Numbered from the stretch's first letter, positions 30,247 to 40,607 are shown. The stretch is 64,000 bases of DNA from an uncultured Gammaproteobacteria bacterium (GCA_964629685.1 CAZVTT010000001.1:833319-897318); one strand, 5' to 3'. Made by a program: numbers and translations. The notes: generated by a model not told the origin, from the letters alone.

Positions 30247-31394
30247 ATTCACTGAATACTCTATTGCGTAAAGTGAAGTTTTCTAAACGTCCGGTTTCCC
30301 GGGTGCGGGAGTACGGACAACCGGATTACATTTTTTTTGTTCTCGTGGTGGTGCTGGCATTATTTGGCATTCTTATGGTATACGATTCGTCCATTGCCAT
30401 TGCTATCCGCGATTTTTCCAATCCGTATTATTATGTCCTGGAACAACTCCGGTGGCTGGTTTTGGGCAGCATTGCGTTTGTCGTTTTTTCGAAAATAGAT
30501 TATCACCGATGGTACAATTTAGCGCTTCCGATGCTGACGGTAACTATCGGTTTACTTATCGCCGTATTTTTACCCGGAATAGGAGTAAAGGCCTACGGTG
30601 CTCACCGTTGGATAAACTTAGGATTTCTTATTATTCAGCCTGCAGAATTAACGAAATTGGTAATGATAATCTATTTGTCGGCATGGTTAAGTTTACCGGA
30701 AAAAGGACGCTTTACGGCATTTTTGATGCTTATCGGTATTGTTGCCGGTTTGGTATTAATGGAACCGGATATGGGTACTACCATGATTATTGTTTCCATT
30801 TCGCTGTTATTGTATTTTTTTTCGGGCGCACCTATACGGCATATTCTGTCCGTTCTCCCATTTGGGGCGTTAGGTGTTGCCGGTCTTATAATGGCGGCTC
30901 CGTATCGGTTACAGCGGCTAATGACGTTCCTTGATCCGGATAGTGATCCGCTAGGCGCTTCATTTCAGATTAAGCAAGTGACGCTGGCTTTAGGTGTAGG
31001 AGGGTGGTTTGGATTGGGAATAGGCAGGTCTAAGCAGAAATTTGAATACCTTCCCGAGGCAAATACAGACTCTATCTTTGCCATTATCGGAGAGGAGTTG
31101 GGTTTGATAGGGGGAGTTGTCATAATTGGGTTATATATGTTGCTTGTATGGCGTGGATATAGGATTGCGAAGTATGCTCCCGATAAATTCGGTAGATTAT
31201 TAGCGTTGGGAATTTCTTCGTGGATTGGAATTCAAATGTGTATGAATATGGCCTCTATGGTGGCTCTTATACCGTTAACGGGGATACCTCTCCCTCTGAT
31301 ATCATCAGGGGGGTCTAGTTTGATTATTTTACTGGCTGCGCTGGGGATTGTGATGAATATTAGTCGGCAACGTGTAAGTAAATTTGAACGGTAA
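30243..31394 (+). CDS. ftsW: SEDS-family peptidoglycan glycosyltransferase FtsW
   Basis: It sits between murI and murG. It is polytopic and carries the FtsW/RodA C-terminal ...PLTGIPLPLISSGGSSLI.... Confidence 0.8.
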   Translation: MNSLNTLLRKVKFSKRPVSRVREYGQPDYIFFVLVVVLALFGILMVYDSSIAIAIRDFSNPYYYVLEQLRWLVLGSIAFVVFSKIDYHRWYNLALPMLTVTIGLLIAVFLPGIGVKAYGAHRWINLGFLIIQPAELTKLVMIIYLSAWLSLPEKGRFTAFLMLIGIVAGLVLMEPDMGTTMIIVSISLLLYFFSGAPIRHILSVLPFGALGVAGLIMAAPYRLQRLMTFLDPDSDPLGASFQIKQVTLALGVGGWFGLGIGRSKQKFEYLPEANTDSIFAIIGEELGLIGGVVIIGLYMLLVWRGYRIAKYAPDKFGRLLALGISSWIGIQMCMNMASMVALIPLTGIPLPLISSGGSSLIILLAALGIVMNISRQRVSKFER

Positions 31395-31396
31395 TT

Positions 31397-32500
31397 ATGA
31401 AAAAAATATTAATAACCGGTGGTCATCTTTCACCGGCGGTAGCGTTGATCGAAGCTATACAGGACGAAGGAATAACCTACGATCTGGTTTTTGCTGGAAG
31501 AAAGTATGCATTTGAAGATGATACTGCCGTATCTCAGGAGTATAAAAGCATTTCCGCCCTTAACGTTCGGTTTTATGCTATTGTAACCGGACGGCTTCAA
31601 CGGACATTATCGTGGCAATCAATCCGGTCGTTATTAAAAGTACCGGTAGGGGTAGCACAATCTTTTTTTATGTGTGTTCGGGAAAAACCGGATGTGATTA
31701 TGTCTTTTGGCGGGTATATAGCATTACCGGTAGTGTTATCCGGTTGGATTTTACGGATTCCGATTATTACCCATGAGCAAACCACGGTATTGGGGTTAGC
31801 AAATAGTATAATCGTAAAGTTCTCTACGGTTGTCTGTGTCGCACAACCGGAAATGACACAAATTAAACACAGAAATGTAGTCGTTACCGGTTTACCTATC
31901 CGACGCGAAATAGTTAATCCCGTTACCCGCCCTTCTTTCAGCGTTCCGCTAAACAGGCCGATACTCTTTATATCCGGCGGTACCACCGGTGCTGAAACCT
32001 TAAATGTAATTGTATTTAGCTCCTTACCTGAATTGTTAAAAAAATTTACCGTACTGCATCAAACCGGAAACCGTTCTCTCGAAGCAGCGAAAGCTGTTTC
32101 CGCAGCACTACCAGGGGATACTGCAAAGCAGTACGTTATTCAATCTTATTTTCAACCGCAGGATGTCGGTTGGATACTGAAACACTGTTCATTTGTAATT
32201 AGTCGTTCCGGCGCAAATTCAGTAGCGGAATTTATGGCTACTGCGTGCCCGGCGCTGTTAATTCCACTGCCCTGGGCAGGAGGAAGTGAACAACTGCATA
32301 ATGCGGAAAAACTTGTTAATGCCGGCATGGGAGTAATACTTCCCCAACGAATTCTTTCGAAGGAAACTTTGTTAAAATATACTGATAATTTTTTCGGTAA
32401 GTTATCCGAATACAAAACACAAGCTCAAAAAGTGGAAAAAACGGTTACGTTGAACGGAACGAAACGCTTACTTGATCAACTTGAACGGATACTCTCATGA
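31397..32500 (+). CDS. murG: UDP-GlcNAc:undecaprenyl-PP-MurNAc-pentapeptide GlcNAc transferase
   Basis: MKKILITGGHLSPAVALIEA is the G-loop 1, and the C-terminal ...ISRSGANSVAEF... is also present. It is in the canonical position after ftsW. Confidence 0.8.
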   Translation: MKKILITGGHLSPAVALIEAIQDEGITYDLVFAGRKYAFEDDTAVSQEYKSISALNVRFYAIVTGRLQRTLSWQSIRSLLKVPVGVAQSFFMCVREKPDVIMSFGGYIALPVVLSGWILRIPIITHEQTTVLGLANSIIVKFSTVVCVAQPEMTQIKHRNVVVTGLPIRREIVNPVTRPSFSVPLNRPILFISGGTTGAETLNVIVFSSLPELLKKFTVLHQTGNRSLEAAKAVSAALPGDTAKQYVIQSYFQPQDVGWILKHCSFVISRSGANSVAEFMATACPALLIPLPWAGGSEQLHNAEKLVNAGMGVILPQRILSKETLLKYTDNFFGKLSEYKTQAQKVEKTVTLNGTKRLLDQLERILS

Positions 32501-33186
32501 TATCGCGCATAGCCAGACGCTTCGGAAAGGTAATCATTATTTTTTCCGTAACGTTAGGCTTAAGTTTTGGAGGATATTATCTTGTTACGTCTGTTTTTCA
32601 GCTACGGCAGATAGAATATGTGGGTGAAGGTGCGATTATTCATATAGATGAAACGATGATTCCAGGTAACGTACTCTTTTTCCCGGCTGAACGAATACGC
32701 AAAACCTTGATTGCAGATCATCCGGAGTTAAAAGACGTATACGTTACCAAGAAATTTCCGAACACGTTGAGAATTGAACCAGTCTTTAGGGAACCTTATA
32801 TTCTGCTGCAGGCGAAAGAAAAAATGGTTTTGCTTGATAGAGAGCAGGTGGTGGTAGAATACGCTACCGGAGTAGAACGATACCCCAGGTTAATTTTACC
32901 CATTCCGGTAGAAAAAAAAGGTCAACGTCTGGACGATAAACGGATTAAACTTACCATTGGATTTTTAGTATCAACTGCCCCGCTCGTTCATTTTACAGAA
33001 GTAACGGAGGTAGATAGTCAGTCCCTATCGTTTAAAAGCGATGTAACAGAGGTCTTTATTACTCAGAATGCTGATTTGACGGAAGTCACGACTACTTTAC
33101 AAACATTGATAGAGGGGTTTAGAATTAAAGGAATATTGCCGAAAATTATTGATCTTCGCTTCTCAAAACCTATCATCAAAAATTAA
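32497..33186 (+). CDS. ftsQ: FtsQ/DivIB-like cell division protein (POTRA)
   Basis: The ATGA overlap with murG, a single N-terminal TM and its position before ftsA support this call. I cannot align the POTRA-like beta region with confidence. Confidence 0.5.
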   Translation: MISRIARRFGKVIIIFSVTLGLSFGGYYLVTSVFQLRQIEYVGEGAIIHIDETMIPGNVLFFPAERIRKTLIADHPELKDVYVTKKFPNTLRIEPVFREPYILLQAKEKMVLLDREQVVVEYATGVERYPRLILPIPVEKKGQRLDDKRIKLTIGFLVSTAPLVHFTEVTEVDSQSLSFKSDVTEVFITQNADLTEVTTTLQTLIEGFRIKGILPKIIDLRFSKPIIKN

Positions 33187-33193
33187 CAAAAAT

Positions 33194-34492
33194 ATGGCAC
33201 GAGACAATGTAGTATCGAGTATAGATATAGGAACATCAAAAATTACCACGCTTATTGCTACTGTTCCTGAAGATGGTGACGTGAATGTTATCGGCGTATC
33301 GACGGTTAATAGTAAAGGCTTACGAAAAGGACAGGTAGTAAACATCGAAGAAGCCACTGCAGCAGTCTCACAATCGCTCGATGCCGCAGAACGGATGGCA
33401 GGCACATCCGTTACCACTGCATATGTGTCAGTGGGCGGGAATCATATTGCTTCTCATAATTCTCATGGGGTGGTAGCCGTAGCTGAACCTGATAAAGAAA
33501 TATCGCCTCAGGATGTAAAGCGGGTAATCGAGGCGGCAAAAGCGGTATCGTTACCATCTTCCCGGGAAATACTTCATGTTTTACCACGAGGTTACAGTGT
33601 TGACGGGCAGGAGGGGATTGTTGATCCCATAGGCATGACAGGGGTGAGACTGGAAGTAGATACGCATCTGGTTACGGGTGGAGCTACAGCGCTTAGAAAT
33701 TTGCATAAGTGCGTTGAAGAACTGGGAGTAGAAGTTTCGGGACTGGTGTTTAACGGACTCGCTTCTGCACTGGCGACACTATCAGAAACGGAGAAGGAGT
33801 TAGGGGTAATTTTGGTTGATATTGGCGGTGGGACAACGGATGTAGCAATTTTCGTCGATGGCGCATTATCGTATTCGTCGGTAATTCCTATCGGGGCTAT
33901 TAACATAACCAAAGATTTAGCGGCGGGATTAAGAATCTCTTTGGAAAGTGCGGAGAAAATCAAACTCATGCTGGGAAAACAACCTAAACAACCGGTGATG
34001 CCGGAATTGGATGACAGGGGAAGGCCGGCAAAGCAGGTTGATGAGGAATTGGATTTAAGCGGGCTAAACCTTCCTGAGGAAATGAAAACAATTTCGCGCA
34101 AGACATTAATTGAAGGAATAATTAAACCCAGGCTAAACGAAATTTTTGCTATGGTAGCTCTGGAAGTAAAACGCAGCGGGTTCGGGGGTATGACGCCGTC
34201 TGGAGTGGTGATTACCGGCGGAGGAGCGGAGACCGTGGGGGCAGTAGAAGCCGCAAAACGAAATTTAGCTATGCCCGTGCATATAGGTATTCCGGGGAAA
34301 GTAAATGGACTTATAGATGAAATTATTTTACCTGCGTTTTCGACAAGTATCGGACTCCTTCATTACGGTGCACAGAATAGGAAAACTGAACAAAGTTCAT
34401 CTTTTAGTAACTTCGGAAAGATAGGCCAACGCTTTCAGGCAAAGGGACTTGCAGGGAAGGTACTAGATTTGATAAAGTCGTTCTTACCGTAA
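33194..34492 (+). CDS. ftsA: Cell division protein FtsA
   Basis: I chose the internal ATG at 33194. ...SIDIGTSKITTLIATV... is the actin-fold phosphate-1 motif, and ...ILVDIGGGTTDVAIF... is phosphate-2. Confidence 0.85.
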   Translation: MARDNVVSSIDIGTSKITTLIATVPEDGDVNVIGVSTVNSKGLRKGQVVNIEEATAAVSQSLDAAERMAGTSVTTAYVSVGGNHIASHNSHGVVAVAEPDKEISPQDVKRVIEAAKAVSLPSSREILHVLPRGYSVDGQEGIVDPIGMTGVRLEVDTHLVTGGATALRNLHKCVEELGVEVSGLVFNGLASALATLSETEKELGVILVDIGGGTTDVAIFVDGALSYSSVIPIGAINITKDLAAGLRISLESAEKIKLMLGKQPKQPVMPELDDRGRPAKQVDEELDLSGLNLPEEMKTISRKTLIEGIIKPRLNEIFAMVALEVKRSGFGGMTPSGVVITGGGAETVGAVEAAKRNLAMPVHIGIPGKVNGLIDEIILPAFSTSIGLLHYGAQNRKTEQSSSFSNFGKIGQRFQAKGLAGKVLDLIKSFLP

Positions 34493-34556
34493 GTGATCTC
34501 ACCGCAAAGAACAGAAATAATTTGCTAACCACTATCTGCCCCGAAGGAGTTTTTGT

Positions 34557-35720
34557 ATGTTGATAAAACCGGATCTGGCGCGTTTCGCAAAAATAAAAGT
34601 CATTGGAATAGGTGGTGGCGGCTGCAATGCGATTAATTCAATGATAGGAGTGAATCAGATTGTAGGTGTGGATTTTATTGGCGTTAACACCGATGCTCAG
34701 GCCCTACTCACCAGTCAAGCACAGTCTAAAGTACAAATAGGCGAGCAACTCACCCGTGGACTGGGTGCCGGCGGAAATCCTGATATCGGAAGACAGGCGG
34801 CCGAAGAATCAAAAGAAAAAATAAAAGAATATCTCCAGGATACCGATATGGTGTTCCTTACCTGCGGAGAGGGCGGGGGAACCGGTACCGGAGCCACTCC
34901 GGTAATTGCCGAAATGGCCAAGGAAATGGGTATCCTTACGGTGGCAGTTGTAACGAAACCTTTTCACTTCGAAGGTCAGCGTCGGATGATTAACGCCGAA
35001 GAAGGTATTAGTAATCTGAAGGATAAGGTGGATACCCTTATCGTTATTCCAAATCAACGTCTCTTAGATGTTATAGACAAAAAAATGACTCTGCTCGAGG
35101 CGTTTAGGGTGACCGATTCCGTATTGGGGCAGGGTGTCCAGGGAATTTCCGATTTAATTACGATGCCGGGCTTAATTAACGTGGATTTTGCGGATGTGCG
35201 GACAATTATGACAAACGCAGGATCGTCTTTGATGGGTATCGGTACGGGGGTAGGTGAAAATCGGGCAGCTGCTGCCGCACGTCAGGCAATTGCATCTCCA
35301 TTATTGGAGGTTTCGATCGATGGGGCAAAAGGAGTATTGTTTAATATCACCGGCGGTGCTGATTTGACCATGGCAGAAGTAGACGAAGCCGCAAAACAAA
35401 TTGCTACTGCGGTAGATACGGACGCAAATATTATTTTCGGAGCAACCATTGATGAGAATCTGGTTGATCAGGTAAAGATTACCGTTGTGGCCACGGGATT
35501 TGATGAAACTAAGCGCCGGCTGCGTGATTTATCGAATAAACCGACGTCATACCAACAAAACCAACCTGCAACTCCGATATATAATAAAGTTCCCAGTCCC
35601 GGGTATGTGCAGAATAATCAGCCGCAGCCCGTGAATAATCCACCGCCCCAAAAACCTGACGAAATACCACCGGAAGAGGATGAATTCGACATCCCCGCAT
35701 TCCTAAGACAGCGGAGTTAA
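34557..35720 (+). CDS. ftsZ: Cell division GTPase FtsZ
   Basis: An AAGGAG RBS lies upstream. ...[14 protein letters not shown]... is the tubulin signature, and ...[14 protein letters not shown]... is the N-terminal motif. Confidence 0.9.
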   Translation: MLIKPDLARFAKIKVIGIGGGGCNAINSMIGVNQIVGVDFIGVNTDAQALLTSQAQSKVQIGEQLTRGLGAGGNPDIGRQAAEESKEKIKEYLQDTDMVFLTCGEGGGTGTGATPVIAEMAKEMGILTVAVVTKPFHFEGQRRMINAEEGISNLKDKVDTLIVIPNQRLLDVIDKKMTLLEAFRVTDSVLGQGVQGISDLITMPGLINVDFADVRTIMTNAGSSLMGIGTGVGENRAAAAARQAIASPLLEVSIDGAKGVLFNITGGADLTMAEVDEAAKQIATAVDTDANIIFGATIDENLVDQVKITVVATGFDETKRRLRDLSNKPTSYQQNQPATPIYNKVPSPGYVQNNQPQPVNNPPPQKPDEIPPEEDEFDIPAFLRQRS

Positions 35721-35757
35721 GCTTCAAAGACACAGGGGAAGGTTAGTTGCGGGAGGA

Positions 35758-36378
35758 CTATACGATAATGATAAGTCCTTCTTTTACGGAAACGGCGTTT
35801 TTGTTTCTGTACTTTGCCGTTAACGTTTTAATCTGTGAGATAGTAGGATATCCTTCTCCGGTAAAACTCCAGGCGTCGTCGATAAGAATGATGTGATTTT
35901 TGATACGGTGGGATAAAATTGTCTTTAATTCCATTTCAATGGGGGAGTTTTGATTTTCTCCGGATGTTATTCCTCCGGAATAGTGGGCATCTAGCCAGAA
36001 TAGACTTCTTTTGTGCAGGTCTTTTAACAGTGAACGCAGCACCATTCCGCTATCTCCGTGTATTATTTTTATTTTCGGATAAGACTCAAATTTCTTTGTA
36101 GCTCTGGAAAACAGTGAATCGTTTAACTCGATGGAATATAATTGAGAGAAGTGATTCTTCATAGCGTTTACGGTTGTTCCCATATACGTTCCCGTTTCCA
36201 CAAATGTTTCACAAGAATAAACTGTCGCATATGCTTTTATAATCTCCTGCTTCACACTGTTGGGTGTCGCGCCTGTTTTTCCGCGTTTTTTCCAGGAGTA
36301 TACGGAATACAGTTGAAAGAGCGGAAGAATGTATTCGTAGAGTTGTGTTTCTTTAAGCCTGTTAATTAAATGATTCAT
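35758..36378 (-). CDS. Class I SAM-dependent methyltransferase (TylF/CmcI-like fold)
   Basis: ...FVETGTYMGTTV... is motif I, with ...IHGDS... and ...FWLDAHYSGG... following. The gene is convergent with ftsZ and divergent from ileS. Confidence 0.45.
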   Translation of the reverse strand: MNHLINRLKETQLYEYILPLFQLYSVYSWKKRGKTGATPNSVKQEIIKAYATVYSCETFVETGTYMGTTVNAMKNHFSQLYSIELNDSLFSRATKKFESYPKIKIIHGDSGMVLRSLLKDLHKRSLFWLDAHYSGGITSGENQNSPIEMELKTILSHRIKNHIILIDDAWSFTGEGYPTISQIKTLTAKYRNKNAVSVKEGLIIIV

Positions 36379-36384
36379 GGAGAA

Positions 36385-36675
36385 TGGTATTATACTAAAT
36401 TTGTTTCATTTACAACCACTATACCAGTGCCGGCCTTAAAACAGCATTTGCAGATCGGACAATTGTAAAGTATAATTTTGGTATTGCGTTTATCCGTTAT
36501 CAGCGGATTTATAGAAGTATAGCGCAGGAGGAAGAAATCGTAATTGAAATTAGACCCTCCCGGGTAAGCCTGAAATAGCTGTGAATGAGATTCGTTATAT
36601 ACGAATAAACTAAGGTGGTACCACGAACAACCGTTCGTCCTTATAGTATAACTGTATAAGGAGAGCGGGTTTTTT
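36385..36675 (+). promoter_or_regulatory. Candidate T-box leader (tRNA-Ile sensing) for ileS with a possible SD-sequestering hairpin; extended -10 TGgTATTAT at 36385-36393
   Basis: An F-box-like CCGTTA lies at 36494-36499. The T-box core AAGGTGGTACCACG lies at 36612-36625 (consensus AGGGTGGTACCGCG). A hairpin ACGAAC-AACC-GTTCGT lies at 36623-36638. A second hairpin CCTTATA...TATAAGG at 36639-36661 overlaps the SD AAGGAG (36658-36663), and a T6 run precedes the ATG. This fits the ileS T-boxes known in Firmicutes and Actinobacteria. Confidence 0.4.
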
Positions 36676-39558
36676 ATGGCTACACACAAAATTACCGATT
36701 ATCAGAAAAAAATTAGTCTTCCTGAATTGGAACACACACTCCTGGATTATTGGGATCAAATTAAAGCTTTTGAATTATCGGTTTCAGAACGGGATGCTTC
36801 CAAGTCATATGTATTTTATGACGGTCCGCCTTTTGCTACCGGACTTCCTCATTATGGTCATATATTGGCTTCCACGATAAAAGATGTGATTCCCCGCTAC
36901 TGGACTATGAAGGGATATAGAGTTGAACGCGTATGGGGTTGGGATTGTCATGGCATACCTATCGAAAACATAATCGAGAAGGAATTAAATCTTAAAGGCG
37001 GGAAAAAAGGGATAGAGGAATTAGGAATAGATAGGTTTAATGCAGCTTGCCGCAGTACCATAATGCGGTTTGATAAAGAGTGGGAAAAAGTTATCCGCCG
37101 GATCGGCCGTTGGGTGGATTTTAAAAACTCGTATAAGACCATGGATAACTCCTACATGGAATCCGTTTGGTGGGCTTTCAAAACACTAAACGACAAAGGG
37201 TTTGTGTATGAAGGTAAAAAAGTAATACTTTATTGTCCGAGATGTGCTACTCCGCTTTCAAACTTTGAAATAGCGATGGATAACAGTTATAAGGAAGTGG
37301 AAGACAACTCGGTTTACGTGTTATTTCAATCAAAAGCTGCCCCAAACGAGTATTTTATGGCTTGGACCACTACTCCCTGGACGCTAATAGGGAACGTTGC
37401 ACTGGCTGTTTCTCCCTCAGCCAAATACGTAAAAGTAAGTATTGGGGATAAGGTCGTCTGGTTGGCAGAAACATTGGCGTCTAAAGTACTTCAGGAAGAA
37501 GATTGGCAAGTAAAGGTTCTCGAAACTGCAACTGGCGAGCAATTGGTCGGAAAAGAATACGAACCGCTGTACACCTATATGCCACTGGAAGGTAAAAAGG
37601 CGTATTACATAGTTTCCGCGGATTTTGTATCCCTGGAAGAGGGTACCGGTATAGTTCATACGGCAGCAATTTTCGGAGAGGATGATTACAAATTAGCTTT
37701 AGCCAAAAATTTACCGTGTGTACCAACGCTTGATGATCAGGGGAGATATTTAGACTTTGTAACTCCGTTATCGGGTATCTTTTATAAGAAATCCGAGCAG
37801 TGGGTGGTCGATGACCTTATAAGCCGCGATTTGATGTTCCGTGCGGAAAAAATAGTTCATTCATATCCGTTTTGTTACCGATGTGAGACACCACTTTATT
37901 ATAACGCAGTTCCCGCCTGGTTTATAAACGTGCAAACATTAAAACCGGAGCTTATCACACAAAACAAAACGATTAACTGGTATCCGGATCATTTAAAGTT
38001 AGGACGCTTTGGTAAAGGGCTCGAGACTGCACCTGATTGGAATATTTCCCGGTCGCGATACTGGGGCACTCCTATGCCGGTATGGGTGGGAGAAAAAACC
38101 GGTAAAAAACGAATTATTGGTTCAGTGGCGGAACTTAAACAGTGGGCGGTAGATCCGACGGTCGTTGATAATCTCCATGATTTGCATCGGGAATTTATCG
38201 ACGGTTTGGACGTTTGGGTGGATGATGAAAAAACTGAAAAAGGCAGACGGATACCGGAAGTATTTGACTGTTGGGTAGAATCGGGTAGCATGCCGTACGC
38301 TTCAATTCACTATCCATTTCATAATAAAGAACGATTTGAACAGTCACATCCTGCACAATTTATAGCAGAATATATTGCGCAAACCCGGGCGTGGTTCTAT
38401 ACCCTCCACGTCATGTCAGTCGGACTTTTCGGAAAAGCTACGTTTGAAAACGCTGTGACGACAGGTACTATTTTGGCTGAAGACGGAACCAAAATGAGTA
38501 AGTCAAAGAAGAATTATCCAGATCCTACCGTGTTGTTTGAAAAATACGGAGTCGATGCGTTGCGGTTTTATCTGATGGGTTCAGTGGTGATGAAAGCGGA
38601 AAATGTTAATTTTTCTGAAGCTCAGGTGAAGGAAATCTACCAGAAATTGATCAATACGTTTTGGAACGTATTTTCTTTTTATAAATTATTCGCTGATCCG
38701 AAGCTTCAGGTAAAGGATAAACCGAAGGCTGAACATGTGCTGGACAGGTGGGTAGTGAGCAAAACGGAAAGACTGGTGAAGGAAGCCACGGCGGCATTGG
38801 ATAAATATGATACGGTCACATACTGTCGTATTGTTCAGGAGTTTGTTACTGAGTTATCTACATGGTATGTACGCCGGAGTCGGGATCGGATCCGAACGGA
38901 TAGTACATCACAGCATGTACTGGGTTGGGTAATTCATACAGCCTGCGTTGTGCTTGCTCCCATAATGCCGTTTATTACGGAACTCGTTTTTACAAACTTA
39001 CATGATGATGCACGATCTGTACATTTGGAGTTCTGGCCTACTGCAAATGAAGATCTGATAGACGATAAATTGGAACGGTCTATGGAGTTAGCCAGAACGA
39101 TTGTTGAATGCGGGCATGCGGTGCGAAAAGCAGAAGGCGTTAAAGTTCGGCAACCGTTAGCTGCCCTTTCAATAGCATTAGATTCGGATGTGCAGCGCTT
39201 GCCTGAAGAATTTGATGAACTCCTGAAAGAAGAGTTAAATGTGAAACAAGTAGACTGGGCAAAGAGCAAAACAAAGAAGGCAAATGAACTTCCTGAAAAT
39301 GCTGTTCAGGATAAAGTTGTGGTAAGCTACGATTTGGAACTAACTCCGGAGCTTGTAGCTGAAGGAGAGTCACGTGAGCTGATACGGCAAATACAAACCA
39401 TTCGGAAGGAAATGGGTTGCCGGATGGATCAGCGGATATCTCTGCAGTTGCCGAAAAGACACAATACTTTGGCAGAGAGTTTCCTGAAGCAGATTGCTAC
39501 GGAAACGTTGGCAGATAAAATAACATGGGGAGATACACTGGAGGTATTAACTGGATAG
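36676..39558 (+). CDS. ileS: Isoleucine--tRNA ligase
   Basis: The HIGH motif (GLPHYGHILAS), the IleS-specific ...AWTTTPWTLIGN... and KMSKSKKN are all present. Confidence 0.9.
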   Translation: MATHKITDYQKKISLPELEHTLLDYWDQIKAFELSVSERDASKSYVFYDGPPFATGLPHYGHILASTIKDVIPRYWTMKGYRVERVWGWDCHGIPIENIIEKELNLKGGKKGIEELGIDRFNAACRSTIMRFDKEWEKVIRRIGRWVDFKNSYKTMDNSYMESVWWAFKTLNDKGFVYEGKKVILYCPRCATPLSNFEIAMDNSYKEVEDNSVYVLFQSKAAPNEYFMAWTTTPWTLIGNVALAVSPSAKYVKVSIGDKVVWLAETLASKVLQEEDWQVKVLETATGEQLVGKEYEPLYTYMPLEGKKAYYIVSADFVSLEEGTGIVHTAAIFGEDDYKLALAKNLPCVPTLDDQGRYLDFVTPLSGIFYKKSEQWVVDDLISRDLMFRAEKIVHSYPFCYRCETPLYYNAVPAWFINVQTLKPELITQNKTINWYPDHLKLGRFGKGLETAPDWNISRSRYWGTPMPVWVGEKTGKKRIIGSVAELKQWAVDPTVVDNLHDLHREFIDGLDVWVDDEKTEKGRRIPEVFDCWVESGSMPYASIHYPFHNKERFEQSHPAQFIAEYIAQTRAWFYTLHVMSVGLFGKATFENAVTTGTILAEDGTKMSKSKKNYPDPTVLFEKYGVDALRFYLMGSVVMKAENVNFSEAQVKEIYQKLINTFWNVFSFYKLFADPKLQVKDKPKAEHVLDRWVVSKTERLVKEATAALDKYDTVTYCRIVQEFVTELSTWYVRRSRDRIRTDSTSQHVLGWVIHTACVVLAPIMPFITELVFTNLHDDARSVHLEFWPTANEDLIDDKLERSMELARTIVECGHAVRKAEGVKVRQPLAALSIALDSDVQRLPEEFDELLKEELNVKQVDWAKSKTKKANELPENAVQDKVVVSYDLELTPELVAEGESRELIRQIQTIRKEMGCRMDQRISLQLPKRHNTLAESFLKQIATETLADKITWGDTLEVLTG

Positions 39559-40607
39559 ATACCATTGCATTGTTATGCCTTGGGTTGTTTGGGTTGTTTA
39601 TTCTTCTTACCATAAATAGCAGCCTCTTTGTTCAACAATTTGTGTTCTTAGCGGTTGGGTTTGTTATTCTCTGGTTAACGTCCCGAGTTCAACCTCAATT
39701 TTACTGGTGGTTTGCTCCGTTTGGTTATGTAATTTCGTTATTTTTTCTTATTCTGACGTATTTTAGTCCGGAGATACGCGGTGCCGCTCGTTGGATAACC
39801 GTATTCGGTATTCAGTTTCAGCCGTCGGAGTTAGTTAAACCGTTAGTATTACTGGCAATAGCCAGATTCATTTCTCAATTTCCTCCCAGAAAAATCAGAT
39901 ATCTGCCGTTTCACATTATTATTTTTTTGATTCCCTTTCTCCTGGTTTTTAAGCAACCGGACTTGGGGAGTAGTATCGTGTATTTTGTTATGTGGTTTGC
40001 CATGATGTTGGCCGGAGGATTGCCGATATCAGTGGTTGTTATTACGGCACTGGGTGGAAGTGTCCTTCTTCCTTGGGGCTGGCATGCGTTAGAGGGGTAC
40101 CAGAAAGCAAGAATATTAACATTTGTTAATCCTGACTATGACCCGCAAGGTGCAGGCTATAATGCGGTACAGGCCATGATCGCTGTTGGGAGCGGACAAT
40201 TATTTGGTAGGGGGTTAGGTAGGGGGACGCAAAGTCATTTACGATTCCTCCCCGAATATCACACCGACTTTATTTTCGCGACGCTTATAGAGGAATTAGG
40301 GCTTATTGGAGGGTTGGCACTCATCAGTGTCTATGGATTTTTCCTTTGGCGCCTGCTTGCTCCGCTTTTACGGGGAAAGATTGTTGATATATTTCCGTAT
40401 ACGTATTCAGTCGGGTTATTCGGAATCCTGCTTACACAGCTATTCGTAAATGTCGGTATGAATATGGGTTTGATACCCATAACCGGTATTACTTTGCCGT
40501 TTGTGTCTTACGGCGGTAGTTCAATAATCTCTATTTCCGTTTCTATTGGAATACTATGGGCTATAGTGTATAAGAAAACTGACGGGCAAAGCATTGCAAT
40601 TCGTTAA
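39525..40607 (+). CDS. SEDS-family protein (RodA/FtsW paralogue)
   Basis: It is polytopic. ...ITGITLPFVSYGGSSII... and ...PDLGSS... are SEDS signatures. The ATG at 39525 overlaps the ileS 3' end by 34 nt, so the start is uncertain. Confidence 0.7.
   Translation: MGRYTGGINWIDTIALLCLGLFGLFILLTINSSLFVQQFVFLAVGFVILWLTSRVQPQFYWWFAPFGYVISLFFLILTYFSPEIRGAARWITVFGIQFQPSELVKPLVLLAIARFISQFPPRKIRYLPFHIIIFLIPFLLVFKQPDLGSSIVYFVMWFAMMLAGGLPISVVVITALGGSVLLPWGWHALEGYQKARILTFVNPDYDPQGAGYNAVQAMIAVGSGQLFGRGLGRGTQSHLRFLPEYHTDFIFATLIEELGLIGGLALISVYGFFLWRLLAPLLRGKIVDIFPYTYSVGLFGILLTQLFVNVGMNMGLIPITGITLPFVSYGGSSIISISVSIGILWAIVYKKTDGQSIAIR

Noticed and set aside
36390-36689. 99-aa minus-strand ORF (with CPICKCCF) covering the ileS upstream region
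   Set aside because: It lies entirely within the candidate T-box leader/promoter region and is antisense to it. It has no RBS and is low-complexity. I treat it as a shadow ORF.
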